NCBI GenBank assembly: GCA_048569615.1
Contig: JBLIRK010000001.1
Location: forward strand, 18,896 to 82,895
Direction: 5' to 3'
DNA length: 64,000 nucleotides
DNA from: Thermoplasmatota archaeon
Lineage (GTDB): Archaea > Thermoplasmatota > Penumbrarchaeia > Penumbrarchaeales > Penumbrarchaeaceae
Shown here: positions 9,590 through 18,135 of the stretch, in pieces
Numbering within the stretch: position 1 is the first letter of the stretch
Layout: each line of letters starts with the position of its first letter
Translations under genes and position numbers: made by a program
Notes under the pieces: model-generated
Database searches by the model: none
Told to the model about the DNA's origin: nothing
The model's input: only the letters and a program-made list of their open reading frames with translations

Positions 9590-10456
9590 ATGAATATCAG
9601 GTTCGGTCCAGCAGGTATACCGCTCTCATGCAAGGGAAGAACCCTCAAGGACGGTATCGAAGACATACACGCACTGCAGCTGGATTCAATGGAGGTACAG
9701 CTACTCCGGCCCCTCAGGGAGATCCCGGAGGACCTAGGTCTTATCAAGGAGCTAGGTGAGGAGCTTGATGTCAAACTCTCTGTCCACGCACCCTATTACA
9801 TGGACCTTCTGGGTGACGAGAACTATCTTCAGAGGTCACTTGACAACATCATCTGGAGCGGTGAGGTCGCTCAGACACTCGGAGCGGACATCCTAGCCAT
9901 CCATGTCGGAATGTATCACAACCACGAACCCGAGGAAGCCCTGGAGATGGCGGTGAGGCAGGTCAGGTGGATCCGGGACAGGTTCAAGAAGCTGGGATAC
10001 GACATCACCATCGGACTCGAAACATCCGGGAGGCAGAAGGTCTTCGGATCCCTGGACGAGATCCTGACCATCAACAAGAGGGTCCAGAGGACCATACCGG
10101 TCCTGAACATCCCCAACCTTCATGCCAGGGAAGGAGGCTCCCTCAGGGAGCCCGAGGACTTCCACCAGCTCTTCCAGAGGGTCCACGACACCATTGGCAT
10201 AAATGACTTCTACATACACTTCTCCGGTGTGGAGCACGCCGACGGCGACAAGATAATGGCAACCCCGATCAAGAAGGGAGATCTGCGGTTCGATCCCATG
10301 GCCGAGATGATGCTTGACAAGGAGGATTGGACTTACAGGATCATCTCCGAATCCCCACTCTTGGAGCATGATGCGGTCTATATGAAGCTCATCCTGGACA
10401 GGATAATGCAGAGAAGGATACAGAAGGAGGAGAAGCAGAAGGCAAAAACCCCCTGA
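9590..10456 (+). CDS. Xylose-isomerase-like TIM-barrel protein, AP endonuclease family 2 (endonuclease IV-like)
   Basis: MNIRFGPAGIP start, HAPYY, and ..LAIHVG../..GLETSG../..IHFSG.. segments are consistent with the metal-binding beta-strand ends of the Nfo/xylose-isomerase TIM barrel. Confidence 0.55.
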   Translation: MNIRFGPAGIPLSCKGRTLKDGIEDIHALQLDSMEVQLLRPLREIPEDLGLIKELGEELDVKLSVHAPYYMDLLGDENYLQRSLDNIIWSGEVAQTLGADILAIHVGMYHNHEPEEALEMAVRQVRWIRDRFKKLGYDITIGLETSGRQKVFGSLDEILTINKRVQRTIPVLNIPNLHAREGGSLREPEDFHQLFQRVHDTIGINDFYIHFSGVEHADGDKIMATPIKKGDLRFDPMAEMMLDKEDWTYRIISESPLLEHDAVYMKLILDRIMQRRIQKEEKQKAKTP

Positions 10457-10541
10457 CCTTTCACTTCAGTCTCCAAAACATATATCAAAGACCTTCGGAT
10501 ATTACCAGAAAGAAGACACCTCAAGGGCACGGAGGAATAAG

Positions 10542-11363
10542 ATGGCGAAGAAGAAGACGTGGGGAATCGTCGGAGCCGTGGTACTGGCTGCAATCTTGCT
10601 GCTGGCCGGATGGGTCTTCGTCGGCTCCGACATCGTGGATTCCATCACCGGCAAGAAAAAGGAGGGAGGAGGGGACGGAGGGAATCAGACCGAACCCGAT
10701 CTGAACAAGCTCCCAACCGCCATACTCGAGGCTGACAACGACTTCATCAGGGAGGGCGAAATAGTCAACTTCGATGCGAACGAATCCTTCGACATAGACA
10801 AGAACGAGAGCCTCAGCGGCAACGGCATCTTCTTCTACGAATGGAACTTCAAGGACGGCTCAGACATAGAGCTGCTCCAGAACAGTACGAACTCGCATAT
10901 ATTCTCCAGGCAGGGAATTTTCAACGTGACGGTAAAGGTCTATGATGAGGATGGAGGATCGGACACGGCAATGGTGGCGATAACAGTGGTTCCCCAGGAC
11001 ACACCCATCAATGCGGTGGAGATCCTTATAGGACAACCGCTGATCCCCGGAGTGGGCGTCGTTCCCAATTCAACCGAGGTCAACTGGACGCTGAAGGAGA
11101 ACGCCAAGAAGATGAACATATCCATCGGGATCAGCGGGTACAACTTCCAGGATAGGAGGGACACCACCGTGGATGTAGTTCTCTACAATCCCTACGAGAA
11201 GATACTCAGGAACAGGACCGTGGAGGTCACCGGACAGAGGGTCATCGAATGGGATCTGGAAGAGGATGAGATACAGGTTCCGGACGAATACTACCTCTAC
11301 ATACAATGCTTCGAGGGTGCCGCCTACATCACGGTTCAGGGTCTCGTTTCATACGTTGAATGA
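10542..11363 (+). CDS. N-terminally membrane-anchored extracellular protein with a PKD domain
   Basis: TM WGIVGAVVLAAILLLAGWVFVG. PKD signature ..VNFDANESFDID...YEWNFKDGS....HIFSRQGIFNVTVKVYDEDGGSDTAMVAITV. Confidence 0.55.
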   Translation: MAKKKTWGIVGAVVLAAILLLAGWVFVGSDIVDSITGKKKEGGGDGGNQTEPDLNKLPTAILEADNDFIREGEIVNFDANESFDIDKNESLSGNGIFFYEWNFKDGSDIELLQNSTNSHIFSRQGIFNVTVKVYDEDGGSDTAMVAITVVPQDTPINAVEILIGQPLIPGVGVVPNSTEVNWTLKENAKKMNISIGISGYNFQDRRDTTVDVVLYNPYEKILRNRTVEVTGQRVIEWDLEEDEIQVPDEYYLYIQCFEGAAYITVQGLVSYVE

Positions 11364-12652
11364 TCAAGGACAGGAAAGTGATGGCCCGGAAGTGGAAGGT
11401 TAACCTTGCCATCGCATCGGTCCTGGCATTTTCGATCTATCTGGGTTTCGGTCTAATTCTCCCACTGTTCCCTCTGTATGTGGAGCTGCTGGGGGGTGGA
11501 GGGCTCGAGATCGGTCTCCTCCTTGCATCCTTCATGTTCACCAGGGCCTTCCTGGCAAGGCCCTTCGGGAGGCTATCGGACCGGATCGGGAGGAAGAAGG
11601 TCATCGTCACAGGGATGTTCCTCTATGCTATTCTGGCCTACCTGTTTACGATCCCAACCCAGTGGTGGGGGCTGTTCTTCGTCAGGATCATGCAGGGGAC
11701 AGCCTCCGCAATGGTCTGGCCTGTTGGGGAAGCCCTTGTAGTTGACTCTGCACCTCCGGAAAAGAGGTCCAGGGCCATATCAACATACATCTTCCTGACC
11801 AACCTCGGGATCGTAGCCGGTCCTCTTCTGGGCGGATTGATCCTGTTCCTATCGCAGAACGTTATGGGCTGGTCGCTTCTGACATCGTACAAGACTCCGT
11901 TCTACTTCACCAGCGGCATCTCCCTAGTTGGAGCGCTCATCGGGCTTTTCTTCCTGAAGGATGTGCTCTCCAAGGTCAAGGATGTCAAGGCCATGAGGCA
12001 AAAAGAAAGGGAGGCACTCTCGAAGTTGAAACCCTGGATGAGGAGGTCGCTTAACATGCTCTTCATGAACTCCTTCTTCGAGGGATTCTCTTGGTCGATG
12101 GCTTCTGTCGTAGCGGTCCTGTTCATGGCCCTCAACTTCGGAATGGACGCAACACAGTTCTCTATCCTTTTCGGAGTCGCCCAGGGTCTGGGTCTTCTCG
12201 TTATCGTTCCCTCCGGGGTGCTTTCGGATAAGGTGAGGAAGAAACCCTTCGTGGTTCACGGAAGCCTGTGGTCCAGGATCTCCACCATCATCCTTGCGTT
12301 CTCCCCGCTGATGCCCATAGGAGTATGGATCGCAGTCCTCACCTATTCGGGGAAGGAGGTGGGCAGACAGGTGGCTCAGCCGGCCACCAGGGCTCTGCAG
12401 GCGGACCTCTCACCTGTGAGGATAAGGGGCAGGCTCATCGGTACCATACAGGCCTTCTCGAACATCGGAGCGGTCCTTGGACCCATACTCGGTGGTTATA
12501 TATGGGACCTTACGAAGAACAGGTATTTCGATGTCTATATATTGGACCTCCCCGGCTACTCGATCCCGTTCCTCATATCTGCGCTCATGGGAATAATCGC
12601 GGCCCTTCTGGTGCTGAGATACGTTATCGAGCCTAAAAAGAGAGTTGGTTAA
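11360..12652 (+). CDS. Major facilitator superfamily transporter (12 TM)
   Basis: Twelve hydrophobic segments. MFS loop 2-3 motif GRLSDRIGRKKV, and a second-half motif near ..LSDKVRKKP. Gene overlaps the upstream gene by 4 nt. Confidence 0.8.
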   Translation: MIKDRKVMARKWKVNLAIASVLAFSIYLGFGLILPLFPLYVELLGGGGLEIGLLLASFMFTRAFLARPFGRLSDRIGRKKVIVTGMFLYAILAYLFTIPTQWWGLFFVRIMQGTASAMVWPVGEALVVDSAPPEKRSRAISTYIFLTNLGIVAGPLLGGLILFLSQNVMGWSLLTSYKTPFYFTSGISLVGALIGLFFLKDVLSKVKDVKAMRQKEREALSKLKPWMRRSLNMLFMNSFFEGFSWSMASVVAVLFMALNFGMDATQFSILFGVAQGLGLLVIVPSGVLSDKVRKKPFVVHGSLWSRISTIILAFSPLMPIGVWIAVLTYSGKEVGRQVAQPATRALQADLSPVRIRGRLIGTIQAFSNIGAVLGPILGGYIWDLTKNRYFDVYILDLPGYSIPFLISALMGIIAALLVLRYVIEPKKRVG

Positions 12653-12836
12653 GAAAAGGGCCCTATGGAACAGATCTTCCATTCATTCGTTCCCGTGCTC
12701 CCCGGTAAGCAAGAAATTTATCATCCTAAGTCCTTTCCTCATTTGGACGAAGTTGGCAATCAAATTTACCTGATTAGTAGAATAATCATTTCATAGATTT
12801 TAAAACGATGAAGCGATGGAATTATATGTATATCTT

Positions 12837-12857
12837 TACCATGGTGTTACCATGGTG
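12837..12857 (+). promoter_or_regulatory. Putative operator: tandem direct repeat TACCATGGTG-T-TACCATGGTG, each unit holding a CCATGG palindrome, just upstream of the RHH antitoxin start
   Basis: Exact 10-nt repeat seen in the sequence at 12837-12846 and 12848-12857. An AT-rich TATATGTATATC (12824-12835) lies about 30 nt upstream of the GTG start at 12863. Confidence 0.4.
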
Positions 12858-12862
12858 ATACG

Positions 12863-13102
12863 GTGACATCAATAAATGTGAAGATCACCCAAAGAATGGA
12901 TGATAGGATCGATGAATTCCTTGAAACTCACCCATACTATATGAATAAAAGTGAAATGGTCCGAGATGCAATCAGGCATCTGATCGAAGATGAAAGCAGG
13001 CTTTCCACAGAAACCATCAAGGTCATTGAGAAAGGTAAAGAACAGGTGGAGAAGGGCAAGGGTAGAACCTTGGAAGAAGTGGAGCTGGAACTGAATGACT
13101 GA
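12863..13102 (+). CDS. Ribbon-helix-helix (CopG/RelB-like) antitoxin
   Basis: N-terminal beta-strand INVKITQRMDDRIDEF, then two helices (MNKSEMVRDAIRHLIED). Overlaps the downstream toxin gene by 8 nt. GTG start. Confidence 0.65.
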   Translation: MTSINVKITQRMDDRIDEFLETHPYYMNKSEMVRDAIRHLIEDESRLSTETIKVIEKGKEQVEKGKGRTLEEVELELND

Positions 13103-13351
13103 AATCCTATTCACTGATCCGGCCTTCGATCAATTCAAAGGATTAGAGAAGGACGTTAGGAAAAGAATTTCGTCTAAATTGAAGGAAATAAAAGGATGGC
13201 CTGACCATCATCTCAAACCCTTGAAAGGAGTTCCGTATTTTAGTCTTAGGATAGGAGATTACCGAGCGATCATTGATTGGAGAAAAGATAGAGATGAACT
13301 ATGAGTGGTCGCAGTGGGCCATCGAAGGAACATCTACGAAAGAGAGCTTTG
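13095..13351 (+). pseudogene. relE: RelE/ParE-family toxin interrupted by an in-frame TGA at 13302-13304. The 69-aa product lacks the conserved C-terminal ..V(L/V)AVGHRxxIYE segment, which sits in-frame just after the stop.
   Basis: The ..KPLKGVPYFSLRIGDYRAIIDWRKDRDEL* reading frame continues as VVAVGHRRNIYEREL*. This matches the canonical RelE C-terminus carrying the catalytic Arg/Tyr. Confidence 0.6.
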
Positions 13352-13430
13352 AAAAAGAACTCTTCCGGAAAAACGATCTAACTAGCAAAAGATGTTCAAA
13401 AAGGGATTGGAATAAAAGTCCAGGTAAGAT

Positions 13431-14024
13431 TTGCTGAAAAAACAGGTTTTAAAAAACCGCCCCTTTTGGACCATTCATTCGAAATGGATATATAATTGCT
13501 GCCTTCTGGGTTTTATCATGGCCATTGATACCTGGTGGATCGCCTCGGAGCTCATGATGGTCGCAGCACTGGTCATCTTCCTTGTCGCCATGTTCATGAT
13601 ACCCTCCAAAGACAAGGTCAGATCGAGGGAGGCGGGAACCGGGCCGAGCAGGGCTGTTCCGTACCTCATCATCGGGACCTTCTTCTTCCTTGTACTTATG
13701 GGGATCTTTGCCTTCTTGATGGTAAAGGACTACTGGGTCGTTCTTGTCACCGACGCCATACTCATCGTAAGCGCGGGCATGGTCTCCATCGACTACTACA
13801 CGACCCGAAGGCTTTTCAGGTCCATGGGGCACGAGATTCACCACAATGTCGAGGTCGCCCATGGTCACGTACATCCTCAGCATAATCACCATCATGGGCA
13901 CATTTACCCGCATCAGGCAGGCACCATGACAGTGGAATGTCCGCAGTGCGGGGGCCACATAACGATCCCCGAAGGGTCGCATCAGATCACATGCCCATAC
14001 TGCGGAATATCAGGCACCATATGA
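13431..14024 (+). CDS. Membrane protein (4 TM) with a His-rich segment and a C-terminal cytoplasmic zinc ribbon
   Basis: TM helices, then HNVEVAHGHVHPQHNHHHGHIYPHQ, then CPQCGG..(16 aa)..CPYCG. Confidence 0.5.
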   Translation: MLKKQVLKNRPFWTIHSKWIYNCCLLGFIMAIDTWWIASELMMVAALVIFLVAMFMIPSKDKVRSREAGTGPSRAVPYLIIGTFFFLVLMGIFAFLMVKDYWVVLVTDAILIVSAGMVSIDYYTTRRLFRSMGHEIHHNVEVAHGHVHPQHNHHHGHIYPHQAGTMTVECPQCGGHITIPEGSHQITCPYCGISGTI

Positions 14025-14027
14025 ATT

Positions 14028-17000
14028 CTAAAGGGGATTCTTGCAGTCGGGACAGAGGAACCATCCTTTCTTCACCCTGGAGCCGCAGGTCGGACATGTC
14101 GTTTCCTGCGGTTCCGGCTCGGGGGCGGACCTCTTAGGGGGAAGATGCTCCCTCCTTTCCTCCCTGGAAGCGGAAAGGGATGCCGCATGCCCTCCAGGAT
14201 GCAATCCATGCCTTTCTCCCCCGCCAAGATGGTGGGTCCGGTCCTCATCGTAATATTCCTCCTCCGCGGGCTTGGCCCTCCTCCTGAACACGAAGAAGAG
14301 TATTGCCGCGAGCAGTATGATCAAAGCAATGACCACCAGTACGACGTACAATCCAATGTTCCCTCCAGAGCCGTTATCGTCATCATCATCGCCAATCTTC
14401 GGCTCCTCGTATTTCTGAAGGGTGAATGTAACTTTCACCTCATCGGATCGTCCGTAGTCGTCCTGCAGCCAGACAGTGACGTTCTTCATGCCGTAGGAAT
14501 CGAAGGTGTAGTTGAGGTCCCACCCTGTCTCCTCCCCCTCATCATCCATCTGCCAGTGGCATGCATAGCGCTCCCCGAAGAAGTTCAGCTTGGGCTCCTG
14601 CCACAGGTGAACGCGCAGACCCTCGATCTTCATCGGGGTCACGGAATGGTCGTCGTAGAGCGAGAACTGCGGGTCCGGCCCGGGGACCGGGAAATCCTCG
14701 GGTTTCAGGATGATATCAACGGATGCAGAGGCGGTGTTCCCGCCCGAATCCATGACCTCTATGACGATCCTTATCGTCACCTCATCCGGGTATGTCTCCC
14801 TCCAGATCAATGGGTCCCGGATTTCGAACCTCAGCTCCCCCGTGTCGAGGTTGAAGGTCCAGTCCGTTCCCTCAACAAGGCCAGCAAAGGGAAGCTGATC
14901 GACAATAGGATCGGTCTCCCCGTCGATCTCGTCCTCCATATTGCAGCGGAATGATAACGTCTCGTCGGGGTCAATATCCCTCGCTATCGGCCTGATAACG
15001 ATGGTATCACCCTGGAAGAACTCCTCGTCGATCTCCGGGAATTCTATGGTGGGATCATCCTGGGCGTTCTCCAAGGATATTAAGACCTCAAGGCGGACCT
15101 TTCCGTCGAAACCCCCGTCATCGATCTCGAATACCATCTTCTCCCTGCCGTTCTTGACATCGTCGTTGGTAGGGGTCATCGTTGCATATCCGGTATTAAC
15201 ATCGACCTCCGGATCCTTATCCCAATTATCTCCGCCGTAATATGTGAATGCCAACGGCTGCTTCTCCGCCTCCGTTTCGGGGTCCTCGGCATCGATCTCG
15301 AGTTCGAACTGCTCATCCTCCACGGCGAAGACCTTGTCGATAAGGTCTAGCTTGAGCAGATATGGGTCCTTATTTTCGGGAACGTAGTTCTTGCCGTCTA
15401 TGATCACCTTCAGGACGATAGGGGGATCGTTCTCGGGCTCCACCACGATCTCCTCCGTTGTCTCCGCAAAGGAATGCGCATCAAATCCCCTGAGCCTTAT
15501 CTCCTCGTTCCCGTTCTGGTTCGGTTTTGGAGTTATAAGAGCGTTCCATCCCCCACCGTTGACCTTCTTGATATCTATATGGAGCAATTCGGTGTCTGAC
15601 GAGCTGTACCAATCGTTCCTGCTCTCATTCCATATCTGGAAACCCACGAAGGATAGCTCGTTGTCCCTGAACATGCCTCCTCCGGAGTGGTATTCCAGAG
15701 GGATGTAAACGGTAGGTTCATCCTCGCCGATGGGCTCGATCCCCGGATAGTTGTCATCGACATAGACCGGCTCGTCGTTCCAGACCTCGAAGGCGTCATT
15801 TACATCGATGGGTCCGGTCCATCTCATAGTGCGTATGGAATTTACTGGGATAGTATCCGAAGCGTTGAACCTTATGTCATGCGGAGAGTACTGCTCACCT
15901 ATGTCCTCGCCGAGGGCGGAATAGCTGTAAACCTTGCCGTCCGTGAAATCGTCATCCCCGGTGTCAGCCTCGTACTGGATCATGTCTATGACCTTCATGG
16001 AAAGGGTATCCGGATCGATCAGGAGCTCAAGGAGCTTCGGGGGGTCGTTGTCGGCGTCCGTATAGGTGACATTGATGGTGAACTCGGTCCCGTAATGGCC
16101 TCCAGTCTCGTCATCCGGCCAGTCGGAGCTAACTTCGATATCCGAAAGGGTGGGCGGATTGTTCGGGAGCTCCTCGATAACGTTGACATCCACTGTGTAC
16201 TCGGACCAGCAGGTCCAGAAGGGATAATAGGACTGTGTAGGCACCCCATCCTCCACCTGGTACGTGGCGGGTTCCGCCAACAGCCCGAGATAAGCTTCCC
16301 TTTCGTTCGATTCGGGATATATGCTCTTCAGGCGGTAGCCCAACGTCTGGTTCTCGTTGGCGACGAAGATGCCCCCCGCAATGAAGAAGCTTAGGATGTG
16401 GTGGTAGTAGTACCACAGGTCATCATCGTTGTTCCAGATGCCGTCATCCCCCGCGTCCCTCCATACGAAGAAAACATGGAGCCAGTCATCCCATCTCCTG
16501 CCGTTCAGCGAATCGCCGGAATAAAAACCCTGCCCGTCGGTCCTATTGATGCGAACCGTGATGTTCCACAGCTTGGTGGGATCCGAACCTCCGATCCTGT
16601 ACCAATCAACAGGCTGGTAAGTCGAATGTATGTATTTCTCCCCGAGAGGAATCACCGTTGTGGCAGTTTCCCTCGTATTGGAGGCGCTATCGGTATCCTG
16701 GGTCTGCCTCGTATCGATCTCCAGGGAGTACTTCATAGTGAATGCTCCCCTTGAAGGAGCCCCTTGCCTGGTGTAAGAATTGAAGGATATGGCGACATAG
16801 TACCAACCTATCTCGGTGAGTCCGTTGGCCCACCCGTCCGGGTCCTCATCGCCAACGGAGTTCTCGGGGGTGACGAAATTGAAGCTCCAGTTATCCCTGT
16901 AGGTCCATCCGTCCCCATCGTCGTGATCGTCGAAGGATGATTCCATCCCGCCCATGTTGACAACCTGCCCCCAGGGATCTATGAATATCACGGAAAGATA

Positions 17001-17612
17001 GATCAGATCCGCATGATCGACGGTCATATTCCCCCCTTCATCGGTCTCCAGCTCGTAGAGCCCTGTGTACAGATCATTGCCGTCGGTGAGGTCGTTTATG
17101 GTCAGGGATACATTGTGAACCCCTCCAGGAGCATTGGCGGTCTCGTCGATGTCGTTCAGGGAGAACTTGAACCAGTCCCTGATATCGCTTGTACCGGCCG
17201 GATCGTAGTTCAGCGTTCCGTCGATGACCTCGACGGCGTTTGTCATCTTGGAGCCGTTTGGGAAATCGTGAATGTCCCGCTCCTTCTCCTCGTCGGAGGC
17301 CCTTGTCCTTTCATCTTCCATTTCCAGGACCGAGTAGCATCCGGACGGAGCCTCCCTCATGGAGATGCCCTTCACTCCGGTGCTCCTTACACCTTCGGAG
17401 AACAGTGCTCCCCTCTCTTGTTTCACGATCTCGGAAAGAACAACGGACTCCCCGGGTGAGAGGGCAAACAGACCGGGATTCGTACCGTCGGGAATTGACG
17501 AATCATCCGATCTTTCAACTTCAATATCCGGCCCTCTTCCTGTAGCAACAGCCGTTAAGCCCGGCACAATAAGAAGCAAAGCAGCCAAGAAGAACTTCAT
17601 TTTAGATTTCAT
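14028..17612 (-). CDS. Very large (1194 aa) secreted surface protein with a C-terminal TM anchor and an ~90-aa cytoplasmic tail ending in a zinc ribbon
   Basis: Signal peptide MKSKMKFFLAALLLIVPGLTAVATG. Acidic ectodomain rich in D/N/T/W. TM LYVVLVVIALIILLAAILFFVF, then RRRAKP... and CPTCGSRVKKGWFLCPDCKNPL. Confidence 0.6.
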   Translation of the reverse strand: MKSKMKFFLAALLLIVPGLTAVATGRGPDIEVERSDDSSIPDGTNPGLFALSPGESVVLSEIVKQERGALFSEGVRSTGVKGISMREAPSGCYSVLEMEDERTRASDEEKERDIHDFPNGSKMTNAVEVIDGTLNYDPAGTSDIRDWFKFSLNDIDETANAPGGVHNVSLTINDLTDGNDLYTGLYELETDEGGNMTVDHADLIYLSVIFIDPWGQVVNMGGMESSFDDHDDGDGWTYRDNWSFNFVTPENSVGDEDPDGWANGLTEIGWYYVAISFNSYTRQGAPSRGAFTMKYSLEIDTRQTQDTDSASNTRETATTVIPLGEKYIHSTYQPVDWYRIGGSDPTKLWNITVRINRTDGQGFYSGDSLNGRRWDDWLHVFFVWRDAGDDGIWNNDDDLWYYYHHILSFFIAGGIFVANENQTLGYRLKSIYPESNEREAYLGLLAEPATYQVEDGVPTQSYYPFWTCWSEYTVDVNVIEELPNNPPTLSDIEVSSDWPDDETGGHYGTEFTINVTYTDADNDPPKLLELLIDPDTLSMKVIDMIQYEADTGDDDFTDGKVYSYSALGEDIGEQYSPHDIRFNASDTIPVNSIRTMRWTGPIDVNDAFEVWNDEPVYVDDNYPGIEPIGEDEPTVYIPLEYHSGGGMFRDNELSFVGFQIWNESRNDWYSSSDTELLHIDIKKVNGGGWNALITPKPNQNGNEEIRLRGFDAHSFAETTEEIVVEPENDPPIVLKVIIDGKNYVPENKDPYLLKLDLIDKVFAVEDEQFELEIDAEDPETEAEKQPLAFTYYGGDNWDKDPEVDVNTGYATMTPTNDDVKNGREKMVFEIDDGGFDGKVRLEVLISLENAQDDPTIEFPEIDEEFFQGDTIVIRPIARDIDPDETLSFRCNMEDEIDGETDPIVDQLPFAGLVEGTDWTFNLDTGELRFEIRDPLIWRETYPDEVTIRIVIEVMDSGGNTASASVDIILKPEDFPVPGPDPQFSLYDDHSVTPMKIEGLRVHLWQEPKLNFFGERYACHWQMDDEGEETGWDLNYTFDSYGMKNVTVWLQDDYGRSDEVKVTFTLQKYEEPKIGDDDDDNGSGGNIGLYVVLVVIALIILLAAILFFVFRRRAKPAEEEYYDEDRTHHLGGGERHGLHPGGHAASLSASREERREHLPPKRSAPEPEPQETTCPTCGSRVKKGWFLCPDCKNPL

Positions 17613-17733
17613 CCCTTTCCCTCCTCATGTCTGCAATTATATTGATTCTTACAGTTTATAATGGTTTTTTAAAAATGGTCTTCAAAGATGTCATGACTTG
17701 TGACCTTATTTTGCCTATATTTTTTAGTTTTAG

Positions 17734-17741
17734 TTTATATA
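17734..17741 (+). promoter_or_regulatory. Candidate archaeal TATA box (TTTATATA) about 100 nt upstream of the RRM gene, implying an ~75-nt 5' leader
   Basis: Exact TTTATATA at 17734-17741 in an AT-rich intergenic region. Nearest downstream start is ATG 17843. Confidence 0.35.
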
Positions 17742-17842
17742 CTAGGAGGGATTTCGCTCAGATACCGGGTCGATGCCGAGGACCCGTCGTGGGAAACCCA
17801 TGTCCAAGGTCTGGGTTCCACTTTAGGTAGGAGATGTGTTAA

Positions 17843-18121
17843 ATGAACATATATGTGGGGAACCTCCCCTTCAGGACAACCGAGGAAGAGCTTGGGGAGC
17901 TCTTTGCCAAATTTGGAGCCGTGGAATCATCCAAGATCGTTTACGACCGCGAGACGGGAAGGTCCCGTGGATTCGGGTTCGTCGAGATGAAGAACGACGA
18001 CGAGGCCAAGGAGGCCATCGAGAATCTCGACCAGCATGATTTCCAGGGACGAGCCTTAAAGGTCAATGAAGCAAAACCCAAGCCCCCAAGGAGAGAGGGC
18101 GGGTCCGAAAGAGCCTGGTAG
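17843..18121 (+). CDS. RRM-domain RNA-binding protein (bacterial Rbp/glycine-rich RNA-binding protein type)
   Basis: RNP-2 NIYVGNL and RNP-1 RGFGFVEM in canonical spacing. Short basic C-tail. Confidence 0.85.
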   Translation: MNIYVGNLPFRTTEEELGELFAKFGAVESSKIVYDRETGRSRGFGFVEMKNDDEAKEAIENLDQHDFQGRALKVNEAKPKPPRREGGSERAW

Positions 18122-18135
18122 GTCCGAAAGGTGTC

